From IMG/VR virus record IMGVR_UViG_2816332320_000003, positions 64,001-128,000 of that record: 64,000 bases of DNA; one strand, written 5' to 3'. Under the pieces are notes generated by a model. That model was not told the origin of the DNA, did no database searches, and saw only the letters and a program-made list of their open reading frames with translations. Numbering within the stretch: position 1 is the first letter of the stretch; every line of letters starts with the position of its first letter. Origin of the DNA: a virus (lineage: Duplodnaviria > Caudoviricetes). Below, piece after piece: positions 46,866 through 56,787 of this stretch. The position numbers and the translations under genes are program-made.

Positions 46866-47903
46866 CTACTTCAATTTGTTGGTTATCTCCATTTTTACAC
46901 TCGTACTACAAGACATTATCAAATCTATAATTTCTTCTTTAGATATTTCTTCAAGTACCGACAGATCAATCCCTCTTCCCATTGTATACGAAGCCATCTC
47001 TCTATAGTTCTTTGTCATTGGTAAATATGTTTTTAAAGTAACACTGGGATCTGCATGATGCGCTTGCTGCTGCGCTACTTTAATATCGTTATTACTTTCA
47101 ATGTATGCCTGATTAACTCCAGCTTTTTTTAATGAGTGGAATGAGATGTTACGTTCTTCAGATATGTCCATCTCTTTACATAGTGCATCCATCATATTAT
47201 CCAGTGTTCTGAGTGACTTAATCGTAAAAACTCGATCACTACTTTTTGCTTCTTCTTTTTTAAGTCCCAATATATCTTCGAATAACTCTTCAGGGATTGA
47301 TGTGTCAATTAGTACATTCCCTTTGTCATATACAGTTATTACTGGAACTCCATCTACCACTTTAAAATTTTCCCAAACAACATGAAGAATGGCATCCTTT
47401 CGGATAGATGTTTGCGCTGCTAAAAGGATGATTACTGACTTCTCTTCCCCGTCCCTGTGTTTTTTGACTCGTGCAGCCATTTCATTGACTTCTTCCCAAG
47501 CTAGAAAGCCAATTGGATTAACTCTCACTGGCAATGCACGAAGCTCAAAAGGAATTTTATCAACTTGATATCCATATGTGGGTAGCTCATTATATAGTGA
47601 TCTCATTACATCAATTTTATGGTTGATTGTGTTATTTGTGTATTTAGGAGAACCATCTTCCTTTACCAGTCGCTGTAGATGGTTTCTGTAATCATTTACC
47701 TGAAGTCGAGTGACATAAATATCTTCTTCAGTTAACTCGTTAATTTTCTTTCCTTTAATATAAGAAAAGAATTGTTTAATATCATACTCATAACTCGCTT
47801 TAGTTTTATCACTGGCACTGCCTACATCATCCAGATACGCTAGAATTGCGTTATATACATTACTTACATTGATACTGGTTACGTTGCTTATTGCACTCTT
47901 CAT
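46866..47903 (-). CDS. tyrosine recombinase (YopP/SroD-like; HxxK variant)
   Basis: TSIRKDAI (R), DKG (K), SFHSLKK, AHHADPSVTLKTY (H and Y nucleophile); own TTGACA-N18-TATAAT promoter. Confidence 0.82.
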   Translation of the reverse strand: MKSAISNVTSINVSNVYNAILAYLDDVGSASDKTKASYEYDIKQFFSYIKGKKINELTEEDIYVTRLQVNDYRNHLQRLVKEDGSPKYTNNTINHKIDVMRSLYNELPTYGYQVDKIPFELRALPVRVNPIGFLAWEEVNEMAARVKKHRDGEEKSVIILLAAQTSIRKDAILHVVWENFKVVDGVPVITVYDKGNVLIDTSIPEELFEDILGLKKEEAKSSDRVFTIKSLRTLDNMMDALCKEMDISEERNISFHSLKKAGVNQAYIESNNDIKVAQQQAHHADPSVTLKTYLPMTKNYREMASYTMGRGIDLSVLEEISKEEIIDLIMSCSTSVKMEITNKLK

Positions 47904-47993
47904 CTAATTCCCTCCTCTTTCCAATTGCTTATAACTTATTATAGGCAATCAATTAATTTAATGTCAACAATTAAATCCAAAAATAAAAGATAG

Positions 47994-48022
47994 TTGACTT
48001 TTAATAACTTAAAATATATGAT
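47994..48022 (+). promoter_or_regulatory. sigmaA promoter of the yonO operon with the phage box filling the spacer
   Basis: TTGACT-N17-TATGAT; spacer region TAATAACTTAAAATATA. Confidence 0.65.
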
Positions 48023-48047
48023 AAAAACAAGCCAAGGAGGTGAATGA

Positions 48048-48197
48048 ATGATTGAAGTAAAGCAGAACAACATTGACAGAATCTTATCAAGATTCTATGG
48101 CAGAACTCAGATTGATACAAGTTCTGAACATAGTATTGATAGCAGTATTGAAGACTATATGGATTATGCTGAATACATATCTGATAAACGAAATTAA
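48048..48197 (+). CDS. 49-aa hypothetical protein (not in ORF track)
   Basis: AAGGAGGTGA RBS; MIEVKQNNIDRILSRFYG... Confidence 0.6.
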   Translation: MIEVKQNNIDRILSRFYGRTQIDTSSEHSIDSSIEDYMDYAEYISDKRN

Positions 48198-48259
48198 AAA
48201 GTAAAATTAGAAAACTACATAAACTTAAAACTAAGGGGGTGTAACTGCTATGTTTTGTT

Positions 48260-48538
48260 GTGGTTTTAATAGCAGTAAGGAAAATGACCAAGAAAGTAAA
48301 TATTGTACAGGGTAAACAACTGTCTGATTTTAAAAATATTGATGAATATCTTCTTCATACATACGGTGAAAAGAAGTTAGAGCAATCAATGGTGAATAGC
48401 AATCCTACATTCCTAGATGCTGTGGGCTATACATTAAATCATGGTGATCTTGAAACTATTGAAGGTGCCTACTATGAATTAGAAGAGATTGAAGATTTGA
48501 GGAATGGAACTTTAAGCGCAGATGAACAGGAGGGATAA
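48260..48538 (+). CDS. hypothetical protein upstream of yonO
   Basis: acidic C-terminus; supplies the GGAGG RBS of the next gene. Confidence 0.55.
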   Translation: MVLIAVRKMTKKVNIVQGKQLSDFKNIDEYLLHTYGEKKLEQSMVNSNPTFLDAVGYTLNHGDLETIEGAYYELEEIEDLRNGTLSADEQEG

Positions 48539-48546
48539 AAATTAGT

Positions 48547-51135
48547 TTGGATAAACAGGTCTTGATTCATAGTGTTGATACAAGCTTCTTTTATGATGAA
48601 AAAGAATTAAAATTACATAATAAACTAAAAAGACCATTCATTATTAAATCTCAAATTAAAAAGCGTATACTTAAAGCTAAAAACGAGGAAGAAAAACTTA
48701 AGTTGCAACGGCATTATACTTACTGCAATAAACGAATTAAAAAGCTAAAAGAATTATTGAAACATCAACTTACTTTACATAAAGGGATTCGGACTTTAAA
48801 TGATAAACTTCTAAGTAAAAAGACTTATATATCTGTGTTTGATTCAGTCTTAACACGAACACTTGGACTCACACCTGATAAACTTTCTGAAGACTTAATG
48901 GTTGTACAAACCTACTATTTTAAAGTACTTGAAGACATTATTCTATATGGCTACATGTACAAAAACGAGAAATATGTATGCTTTACTGCTAGTGCTGGTC
49001 AAATTAGAACCAAAAAGACTGTATTTATCAAAGAAGCTGTCTTTAAAAGGCATCTCAACTCCCTTACTTGCGGATTATCTATTGATCAGATTAATGAGCA
49101 AGGTGGCGTGAATATCAATAAATATCTCGCCTACCTTGCACTTTGTAACTCTGCTACAGATGAGTGGACTGATTTTGACATAAGCAAAGCAATTGTAGTT
49201 GATGATATGGAAACTACTGTGCGTAGCGTTGTTGATTATATTGATGATAGTACCTATGAAATCACAAGAAAAGAAATGGATATTTTGATTAGTCATACAG
49301 ATGGCTGTGGAATGATACTTCCCCGTAAGAATAAACGAAGTATGATGGTTCGATTGCCTTGGATCAAGGGGCTGCTTGTCTCCTTCCCCTTTGATAAGTT
49401 TGTGCGTGAAGCAAACCGCAAGGGAGATGGTAAAAAGTATGGTGTTGTGACTGACATTTATGGAAAACAACATGATCTTATTAAAGACGGAATTGAAGTG
49501 ATATTCACTAAAAGTCAATTCAAAATGTACAAGTACTATCGTGATTGGCATTCATATAAAGATAATTTTGTAAAGTACAACTGTCAGGCTGGGAAATGTA
49601 ATGAGGAAGAGTCCCTACTCACCAATGCAAAGATCAACTATCAGATGCTTCAAACCCTTACCGACATGACGAATGATGAGCTTGAGGCTCTAAGCAAAAA
49701 GACTAAAGATAGCATTATTAATATTGGCAGAGATAAAGAAACAATGCTCAAAGTTCTTGGTGTTGTAAAGGCAAATATCAATAAAAACTATCTACAACAA
49801 GCGCTTGAGATCTACCCTGAATTATTAAGTGATACATATAGCAAGGAAATACTCAAGAATGTTAAGAAAAGCATGGTTAGAGACGCTAGGGCTGCAAAAA
49901 TTGATATCGAAGGAAAGTATACGTTCATTTGTCCAGACTTATATGCTTTTTGTCAGTGGTTGATTCTTGGAGAGAAGCATCCAAGTGGTTTACTAGAGAA
50001 TGGGCAAGTGTCATGTAGATTGTACAAAGACGCACCCAAGTTAGATTGTCTCCGCAGCCCACACTTGTATTTAGAGCACGCAGTTCGAAACAATATAATC
50101 ACAAAGGAAATGACTCGCTGGTTTGTGACTGATGGTGTATACACTAGCATACATGATCCTATCAGCAAGATATTGATGTTTGATGTTGATGGGGATAAAG
50201 GTTTGGTTTGTGCAGACCCACTACTGATTGAAATTGCAGAGCGCAATATGCAAGATATAGTACCACTCTACTACGACATGAAAGTCGCTGGTAAGAGCAC
50301 TATTACTAACAGAGATATTTATAATGGACTTAAAGCAGCATATACAGGGGGAAATATTGGTGTAATTTCGAATAACATTACGAAGATCTGGAATAGTGAC
50401 GACCTCAAACTTGACGTGATTAAATGGTTGTGCATGGAGAATAACTTCACTATCGACTATGCTAAGACATTATACAAATTAAAAAGACCTAAAGATATTG
50501 GCAAGCAGATTACTCAGTATACAAAAAAGAAAGTCCCCCATTTTTTTATGTATGCAAAAGATAAGCAAAGCAATGAGGTAGAAAAGGCAAATAACAGCGT
50601 GGTAAATAGACTAAGTAAGATCATTCCAAACACCAGAATCAATTTTGAAGCAGCTAATTTAGGTAAATTCAACTATAAGATGTTAATGAGTTGCAATGAT
50701 ATAACAATAGATAATAACATTATCGCTTTATACACTGAATTGGATCTTAATAAGCATTTTATTGAGATTGAAGCCAATGATCGGGACTTCACTGGCGACA
50801 ACCAATTTGTTTACAGAGACATTCGTAATCAAATTCTTGAAATGAACAATGATGTTCATTACGTTGTAAATGTTCTTGTAAAGTATCTATACGAGAATAA
50901 AAAAAGTAATCATAAGACGACCTTGTGGTCGAGTTTTGGTGATATCATTGTTTCAAATCTAAGGAAAAATATCGAAGAACGGTATGGTGAAAACAATACC
51001 CAGTGCGATTCTTGCTTCAAGAGAATTGAGGTTAAAGGGAAGAATCATAAGATGTGTAATGAGTGCTGGAAGCAACATCGTAGAGAATACCAAAGGCTAC
51101 TAATGCAAGAAAGGCGCAAGAATAAAATTTGTTAG
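48547..51135 (+). CDS. yonO: YonO-type single-subunit (two-barrel) DNA-dependent RNA polymerase
   Basis: SAGQIRTKK, HTDGCGM, RLPWIKG, LRSPHL and catalytic MFDVDGD (DxDGD); SPbeta synteny. Confidence 0.92.
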   Translation: MDKQVLIHSVDTSFFYDEKELKLHNKLKRPFIIKSQIKKRILKAKNEEEKLKLQRHYTYCNKRIKKLKELLKHQLTLHKGIRTLNDKLLSKKTYISVFDSVLTRTLGLTPDKLSEDLMVVQTYYFKVLEDIILYGYMYKNEKYVCFTASAGQIRTKKTVFIKEAVFKRHLNSLTCGLSIDQINEQGGVNINKYLAYLALCNSATDEWTDFDISKAIVVDDMETTVRSVVDYIDDSTYEITRKEMDILISHTDGCGMILPRKNKRSMMVRLPWIKGLLVSFPFDKFVREANRKGDGKKYGVVTDIYGKQHDLIKDGIEVIFTKSQFKMYKYYRDWHSYKDNFVKYNCQAGKCNEEESLLTNAKINYQMLQTLTDMTNDELEALSKKTKDSIINIGRDKETMLKVLGVVKANINKNYLQQALEIYPELLSDTYSKEILKNVKKSMVRDARAAKIDIEGKYTFICPDLYAFCQWLILGEKHPSGLLENGQVSCRLYKDAPKLDCLRSPHLYLEHAVRNNIITKEMTRWFVTDGVYTSIHDPISKILMFDVDGDKGLVCADPLLIEIAERNMQDIVPLYYDMKVAGKSTITNRDIYNGLKAAYTGGNIGVISNNITKIWNSDDLKLDVIKWLCMENNFTIDYAKTLYKLKRPKDIGKQITQYTKKKVPHFFMYAKDKQSNEVEKANNSVVNRLSKIIPNTRINFEAANLGKFNYKMLMSCNDITIDNNIIALYTELDLNKHFIEIEANDRDFTGDNQFVYRDIRNQILEMNNDVHYVVNVLVKYLYENKKSNHKTTLWSSFGDIIVSNLRKNIEERYGENNTQCDSCFKRIEVKGKNHKMCNECWKQHRREYQRLLMQERRKNKIC

Positions 51136-51355
51136 CATTTTTATAACGGCTGTAAAACTTGATACATAAGGATTGAAGCACTTTTCATGCAATATCTTGA
51201 GTTGTTTAAAACCCATTTTATCCTTTTATACCAAGGCTTTCATCAATTTTATGATAATGGTCTTTTAAGGGACAACATATCCTGATATACAAAGTGAAGA
51301 GGCAAATGTTCCCCTAACAATAATAAATAAAATTAAATCTGGGAGGATTATAGAT

Positions 51356-51676
51356 ATGAACAAAACAGAACTGATTGCAAAAGTGGCTGAAACCACAGAA
51401 CTCACCAAGAAAGATGCAACAAAAGCAGTTGATGCAGTTCTTGACGCAATTGCAGATGCATTGAAAACTGGTGATAAAGTCCAACTGATCGGCTTTGGTA
51501 ACTTCGAAGTTCGTGAACGTGCGGCTCGTAAAGGCGTAAATCCTAAATTGCTGAAAGAATTGAAAGAGCAAGGTGTGGATGATGCCTCTGCAAAAGAACA
51601 AGCGAAGGTTGATATCGCTGCTACTAAGGTTCCAGCTTTCAAGCCAGCCAAGGCACTCAAAGAATCAGTTAAGTAG
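51356..51676 (+). CDS. hup: HU-family DNA-binding protein with extended arm
   Basis: [12 protein letters not shown]...[22 protein letters not shown]...[16 protein letters not shown]. Confidence 0.95.
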   Translation: MNKTELIAKVAETTELTKKDATKAVDAVLDAIADALKTGDKVQLIGFGNFEVRERAARKGVNPKLLKELKEQGVDDASAKEQAKVDIAATKVPAFKPAKALKESVK

Positions 51677-51803
51677 CTTACAATGCTGATATAGGCTTTT
51701 ACAATAATGCTGTCAATATGACTATACGGGGATTGGTGATTACACCTCTCCCCTATTTAAATATCATAATAAAAAGAGGATTTCATTCAATTATGGGAGG
51801 TAA

Positions 51804-52055
51804 TTGATTATGGCAAAGCGGACAAATGCAATTGGATATAATGGTGCAGTTTACATCAATCCAGACAATAACCATATTATTGTGGCTGAGTATGATAAGA
51901 AGACTGAGGAAACATCTTACTTTGATTTAACAGAAGAAATTAAACAGTTCTTCGTTGGTGTTAGCGGAGATGTGGCTATTTCTATTTCAGAAAAAGCTAC
52001 AGTACAAAGTCAGTTAGAAGATCCATTTTCTAGCCAAGACGAAGATCAAGAGTAA
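51804..52055 (+). CDS. YonK-like protein
   Basis: acidic 83 aa between HU and phosphoesterase, as in SPbeta. Confidence 0.5.
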   Translation: MIMAKRTNAIGYNGAVYINPDNNHIIVAEYDKKTEETSYFDLTEEIKQFFVGVSGDVAISISEKATVQSQLEDPFSSQDEDQE

Positions 52056-52066
52056 GGAGTGACTTA

Positions 52067-53296
52067 ATGACTACACTCTCCCCTACTTTTCTTCTTGATC
52101 TCGGAATCAAGAAAAAGAACAAAGAAATTAACTATAGTTGGCAGGAACTCGCTGATAAATACAGCAATGGACTATTTCATACAGGTGAAGCATATAGGTG
52201 TTGGGTTAAAAATCGTTTAAGAAATAACAACTCTAATGCCGCTAATATTAATAAAAACACTCAGCCTATCAATGAGCCTAAATTCAAAGACACAGTTGAA
52301 ATAAATAAAGATGGCTCTCAAAATAGTAACAAGTTAGTTCGTATGTCTATTGAAGAATCTAAAGACCCTGTTTATCTGCTTAAGGCGCACGGCTATGATT
52401 CCGAATCATGGGAACTTGTTTCAGCAAAATCAAAAGTATGGAATTCATATTCCAAATTAGATGGAATAGTTCAATTGTATGCAAGCAGCATCACAGTTAA
52501 ACCGTTAGTTAATGGTTTCTCTATGAATAAGTTGCTTGATGAAATTAAGAAAGTACCTCCTGTTTACGTTAAAAGTTCATATAGAGATCTATCAGATAAA
52601 CGATTGCTAGAGATCCCCTTATTTGATTCCCACTTTGGTATTTCAGACTTAGACTACTATAAACCAACTCAAGATGAGACAATGGATAAAATTCAAAGTA
52701 GGACATGGGAAGAAATCGTATTTGTTATAGGACAAGACATGCTCCATAACGACAATTTCAAAGGACAGACAGCCAACGGAACACCTATTGAAACTGTCAA
52801 TATGCCTACTGCTTGGCGAGATGCAATGAACTTTTATTATCCATTAATTGAAAAAGCACTTACTTCTTCCAATAAAGTTAAAATTATTTATTCTAAGGGA
52901 AATCATGATGAATCTATGTCATGGGCTTTTGTCCAGTTGATTAAACAGCGCTTTCCTGAAGCAGAAATTGATGATGATTTTATTGAACGTAAATCACACA
53001 CATTTGGAAAAGTGTTTATTGGTATCACACATGGCGACAAGGCAAGGAAAAACATACATAACCTGTTCCAAGTTGACTTCCCATTACAATGGGCGCATGC
53101 AACTACAAGAGAAGTTCATACTGGTCACTTGCATACCGAAGATTGTAAAGATTGGTATGGAACAATGGTGAGAACATTGGCGACTCGAAACAAAACGGAT
53201 AAATGGCATGCAGACAATGGTTTCGTAGGCAATCATAAGAGATTTATGTTATTTGAATACGATGAGACTGAACTTAAGAGTATTCATTATGTGTAA
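52067..53296 (+). CDS. calcineurin-like metallophosphoesterase (YonJ-like)
   Basis: DSHFG, GQD, GNHD, HGD, GHLH motifs. Confidence 0.85.
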   Translation: MTTLSPTFLLDLGIKKKNKEINYSWQELADKYSNGLFHTGEAYRCWVKNRLRNNNSNAANINKNTQPINEPKFKDTVEINKDGSQNSNKLVRMSIEESKDPVYLLKAHGYDSESWELVSAKSKVWNSYSKLDGIVQLYASSITVKPLVNGFSMNKLLDEIKKVPPVYVKSSYRDLSDKRLLEIPLFDSHFGISDLDYYKPTQDETMDKIQSRTWEEIVFVIGQDMLHNDNFKGQTANGTPIETVNMPTAWRDAMNFYYPLIEKALTSSNKVKIIYSKGNHDESMSWAFVQLIKQRFPEAEIDDDFIERKSHTFGKVFIGITHGDKARKNIHNLFQVDFPLQWAHATTREVHTGHLHTEDCKDWYGTMVRTLATRNKTDKWHADNGFVGNHKRFMLFEYDETELKSIHYV

Positions 53297-53603
53297 AAAT
53301 AGTGAATCCGTTAGAGTGCAAGGAGTTTATTTCATTCGGAATAACAAAAACGGTTCAATTAAAATAGGCAGCTCTAAAGATATATTTAAGAGATTCAGCC
53401 AATTAGTTAGCAAGGCTAAATCAACAGGCGAAAAGTTCCCTGATTTAGAACTTGTATATTACTTTCCTTGTTCTCAATATAAAGAACTAGAGAAAAAACT
53501 GCACCATGTCTTCTCAACAAGGAGAATCACTAATGAATGGTTTTTAACCAGTATTGAAGAGATTATTCACATTGTAGATCGCTTAAAAAATAGATACTCA
53601 TAA
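53289..53603 (+). CDS. GIY-YIG (T5orf172/MUG113-like) nuclease
   Basis: GVYFI...IKIGSS...KRF...LEKKLH..F...NEWF. Confidence 0.8.
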   Translation: MCKNSESVRVQGVYFIRNNKNGSIKIGSSKDIFKRFSQLVSKAKSTGEKFPDLELVYYFPCSQYKELEKKLHHVFSTRRITNEWFLTSIEEIIHIVDRLKNRYS

Positions 53604-53684
53604 GTTCGAGATACAATCCCATCAAATATTAATTTTATTCAGTCCCATTTGGGCATATCCATAAAGGGACTCCCCCTCTTAAGA

Positions 53685-53741
53685 ACTGTCTTAGGTCATT
53701 CAAGCAATCCTCTGCTTGAGTGACTCAAAGGCAGCTTTTTT
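53685..53741 (+). terminator. long hairpin with U-tract
   Basis: CTGTCTT..GTCATTCAAGCA/TGCTTGAGTGAC..AAGGCAG-CTTTTTT. Confidence 0.55.
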
Positions 53742-53827
53742 GTGTTGCCTAATAGGGATAGGAGTGATCTGACAAGAGGTAGCCCTCCCCTCCCTCTTCC
53801 CTATTCTCTTTTTATGGAGGTGTATTT

Positions 53828-54901
53828 ATGACTATAACTAAAAACACTAAACTGGAAGTTTCAAAGAAAACGTGTCTTTCCTGTGGAAAAAATAAAAAAT
53901 ACGAGCAATTTTACTTATCTAACAGTGATTACCATAAAGTTGATGGAAAACATCCGGTCTGTAAAGACTGCCTTAAGAAAAATTTAGATATAGACGATAT
54001 TGAAACAGTCAAGCACGTTCTTATTGAGTTAAACCGACCTTTTCTCGCTGATATATGGGAGAGCACTCTTGCCGAGTCAAGCGCAAGAAAAAAGGAAGCT
54101 TTTGGGATGTACATAAAGAATGTACAACTAAATTTTAAGGATTTGACTTGGAAGGATAGCATGTTCGATTCAACCAAAAATGAAGTTCTGACTGAGAATC
54201 CAGTTTTGGAACAGCCCCTTCAATCTGAAGATAGTTTAAATGACCAAAAAAATAAAGAAGATGTCATGAGGATGCTGGGTTATGACCCTTTTGAGACTGA
54301 GAATCCATTAGATAAACGACATTTATACAATAAACTTGTAGATTTCCTTGATGAATCAACACTTGAAGACTCATTCAAACTTCCAGCAGTCATCGAAATT
54401 GTTAAGACATTTAATCAGCTTGATAAGATTAATGCCGCCCTATCTACAATAACTTCAAATGCCAAGGAATTGGCAAGTAATGTTGGTGCTGTAAACTCCC
54501 TCATCAACGCGAAAGAAAAAATGCTTAAAACAGCATTAGCACTAGCAAAAGACAATGGGATATCTGTTAACCATAACAATAATAAGTCAAAAGGTGCTGG
54601 AACCCTCTCAGGAATCATTAAGCAGCTACAAGAAAAAGGTATTCATTCAGCAGAAATTAATATTTACGACATCGAAACTGGTCTAGGCATGAAACAGGTA
54701 GCTGATATCAGCAATAGGAGTATATTTGAGCAGTTAATGCTGAATGAAAACGACTATACAGAGATGATTAAAGAACAACGAGATATGATCATTAAATATG
54801 AACAACAGCTTTCTCACCTAGAAGAAGAGAATCGGAAAATAAAAATTCAACTAAAAAATCTTGAGGAGTTGATGGCGGAAAGAAGTGGCTCTCAAGTATG
54901 A
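53828..54901 (+). CDS. zinc-finger protein preceding terminase (probable small terminase subunit)
   Basis: CLSC..CKDC, coiled-coil C-terminus, overlaps terL start. Confidence 0.55.
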   Translation: MTITKNTKLEVSKKTCLSCGKNKKYEQFYLSNSDYHKVDGKHPVCKDCLKKNLDIDDIETVKHVLIELNRPFLADIWESTLAESSARKKEAFGMYIKNVQLNFKDLTWKDSMFDSTKNEVLTENPVLEQPLQSEDSLNDQKNKEDVMRMLGYDPFETENPLDKRHLYNKLVDFLDESTLEDSFKLPAVIEIVKTFNQLDKINAALSTITSNAKELASNVGAVNSLINAKEKMLKTALALAKDNGISVNHNNNKSKGAGTLSGIIKQLQEKGIHSAEINIYDIETGLGMKQVADISNRSIFEQLMLNENDYTEMIKEQRDMIIKYEQQLSHLEEENRKIKIQLKNLEELMAERSGSQV

Positions 54902-56769
54902 ATATAATAGTAAAAGAATCAAAACAAGAAATTTCACAGCGAAAATTAGAAGGCTATCTTAAGTTAGCAACGATAATCCAATGGGGAAGAAAATCTCCAG
55001 TTAAGTTTTGTGAGCGATTTTATGGGATTGAATTCTTAGATAACCAAAAATATGTATTTATGATGAGTTGGGTCACTCCATTTAATGTGTGGTGCCAATC
55101 CCGAAACAGTGGTAAAACAACTCTTGCTGCACCTTTTATGATGGCGAAATCGAATTTAATTCCTAACTTTCAAACCTATATCATGTCTGGTGTTGGCTCT
55201 CAAGCTCAAGAAGCTTTTTTAAAGATTGAGAAAATCGCTAAACGCGAAATTGCTTCTTTTACCGGATTAACTGATGTTTTCTACAATGAAACTGTTAAAA
55301 GTGCAGCAAATACTGATGGCTTCACCCATAACCCCGCCTCTTTTCAATATAAGCTATACAATGGTTCCTCTGTTAACTCACTGAATGGTGCTTTTGACAA
55401 CAATCGAAGTAAACGCTCAAATTTAAACTTCTATGACGAAGCAGGATTTGCTCCTGAAGAAATGTTTGAAACTTCTATGCCATTCCTTGCTCAAGATAGC
55501 AATTTCAAATTAGGCGGAGACGTTGACATATCATTGCTCCCCAAAGAATTTCCGAATCAAGTCGTAGCCGCTTCATCTGCTTCAAGCACAGACACGTATT
55601 TCTATAAGCTGTATAAAGATTATGCAAAAAAAATGATACTCGGAGACAAAAGATACTTTGTCGCTGATATCAATGCTGAAATTGTTATCAATGCCACTTT
55701 CAATGGTAAGAAATATCCGGGTTTGTTAAGACAAGAAGTTATTGATGACGCAATGAAAAAGAACAAAGAAAAGGCATTGCGTGAATACTATAACAAGTTC
55801 TCTACTGAGGGTGGAGAAAATCAAGCAATTAAACGGGCAACTATCATTCGAAATAGTGAAGTTCGGATTCCCCTACTTCATCAAGATAGCGATAAAAAGT
55901 TCGTCTTAGCATACGACCCTGCACGTTCTTATGATAATGCTGTATGTATGGTTGGAGAACTTTACTATGACGAGATTGTCGGTTATAAGATGCGTATTTG
56001 CAATGGTGTAAGTTTTGTGGATGTATCAAAGAAGAAAAAAACCCCTATGCGAACTCCAGAACAAATAAGTCATATTAAGCAAATGCTTCTTAATTATAAC
56101 GGTAATGGCTTTGCAGATTATGAAAACATTGAAGCACTGATGATTGACTCTGGGGCTGGTGGTGGTGGTCATATCATTGCAGATGACTTTATGGAAGATT
56201 GGGTTGACAATAAAGGTATTAAGCATAAGGGATTAATTGATGCTATCGAACTATCTGACTATGTAAATAACTTTCCAAATGCGGCAGATAAACTCAAGCT
56301 AATGAATCCCAAAAAATACAAAAACGAAATGTTTGATGCTTTGGTTGAAATGCTGGGGTTGGATCTAATTTCTTTCACTGAAGAATATGACATGAAGGGT
56401 CATTTATCTATTTTCGTGAACTCTGAATTTGAGTATGAAGATGAAACCAAAAATAAAAAGAAGCAGATTCAATCAAACCAAAAAATAAACAAACTATCTT
56501 CTGATGAAGAGCTGGCATTGAAAAACATCGATTTAGCAAAAGAAGAAATCGTTAATATCTTTCGATATGACAATCCTAGTGGTGGTTATAGATATGCCCT
56601 ATCCCCTGATAAAGAATCAAAAATGCATGATGATAGAGCATATTGTATTGCTATGTTGGCATGGTTCCTTCAACAAAAACGGAGATCGCAGATTTTGAAT
56701 AAACAACAAGAGGAAATTGATCTTTCGCTTGTCCCCACGCAAGTCTCGACTCTTAATATTACCCTGTAA
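54898..56769 (+). CDS. terL: terminase large subunit (YonF-like)
   Basis: Walker A SRNSGKTT, Walker B FYDEAG, RNase H-like YDPARSYD and HDDRAY. Confidence 0.9.
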   Translation: MNIIVKESKQEISQRKLEGYLKLATIIQWGRKSPVKFCERFYGIEFLDNQKYVFMMSWVTPFNVWCQSRNSGKTTLAAPFMMAKSNLIPNFQTYIMSGVGSQAQEAFLKIEKIAKREIASFTGLTDVFYNETVKSAANTDGFTHNPASFQYKLYNGSSVNSLNGAFDNNRSKRSNLNFYDEAGFAPEEMFETSMPFLAQDSNFKLGGDVDISLLPKEFPNQVVAASSASSTDTYFYKLYKDYAKKMILGDKRYFVADINAEIVINATFNGKKYPGLLRQEVIDDAMKKNKEKALREYYNKFSTEGGENQAIKRATIIRNSEVRIPLLHQDSDKKFVLAYDPARSYDNAVCMVGELYYDEIVGYKMRICNGVSFVDVSKKKKTPMRTPEQISHIKQMLLNYNGNGFADYENIEALMIDSGAGGGGHIIADDFMEDWVDNKGIKHKGLIDAIELSDYVNNFPNAADKLKLMNPKKYKNEMFDALVEMLGLDLISFTEEYDMKGHLSIFVNSEFEYEDETKNKKKQIQSNQKINKLSSDEELALKNIDLAKEEIVNIFRYDNPSGGYRYALSPDKESKMHDDRAYCIAMLAWFLQQKRRSQILNKQQEEIDLSLVPTQVSTLNITL

Positions 56770-56787
56770 CACCTTTAAAAAAGTGAG

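Noticed and set aside
5196-51240. Loose CCTT-N5-7-AAGG palindromes (5199, 6184, 32556, 40055, 51158, 51221)
   Set aside because: Too degenerate and too few to distinguish from chance by eye.
48547-56769. Inteins or group I introns in yonO or terminase
   Set aside because: Both ORFs are continuous, of expected length, with no intein splice motifs.
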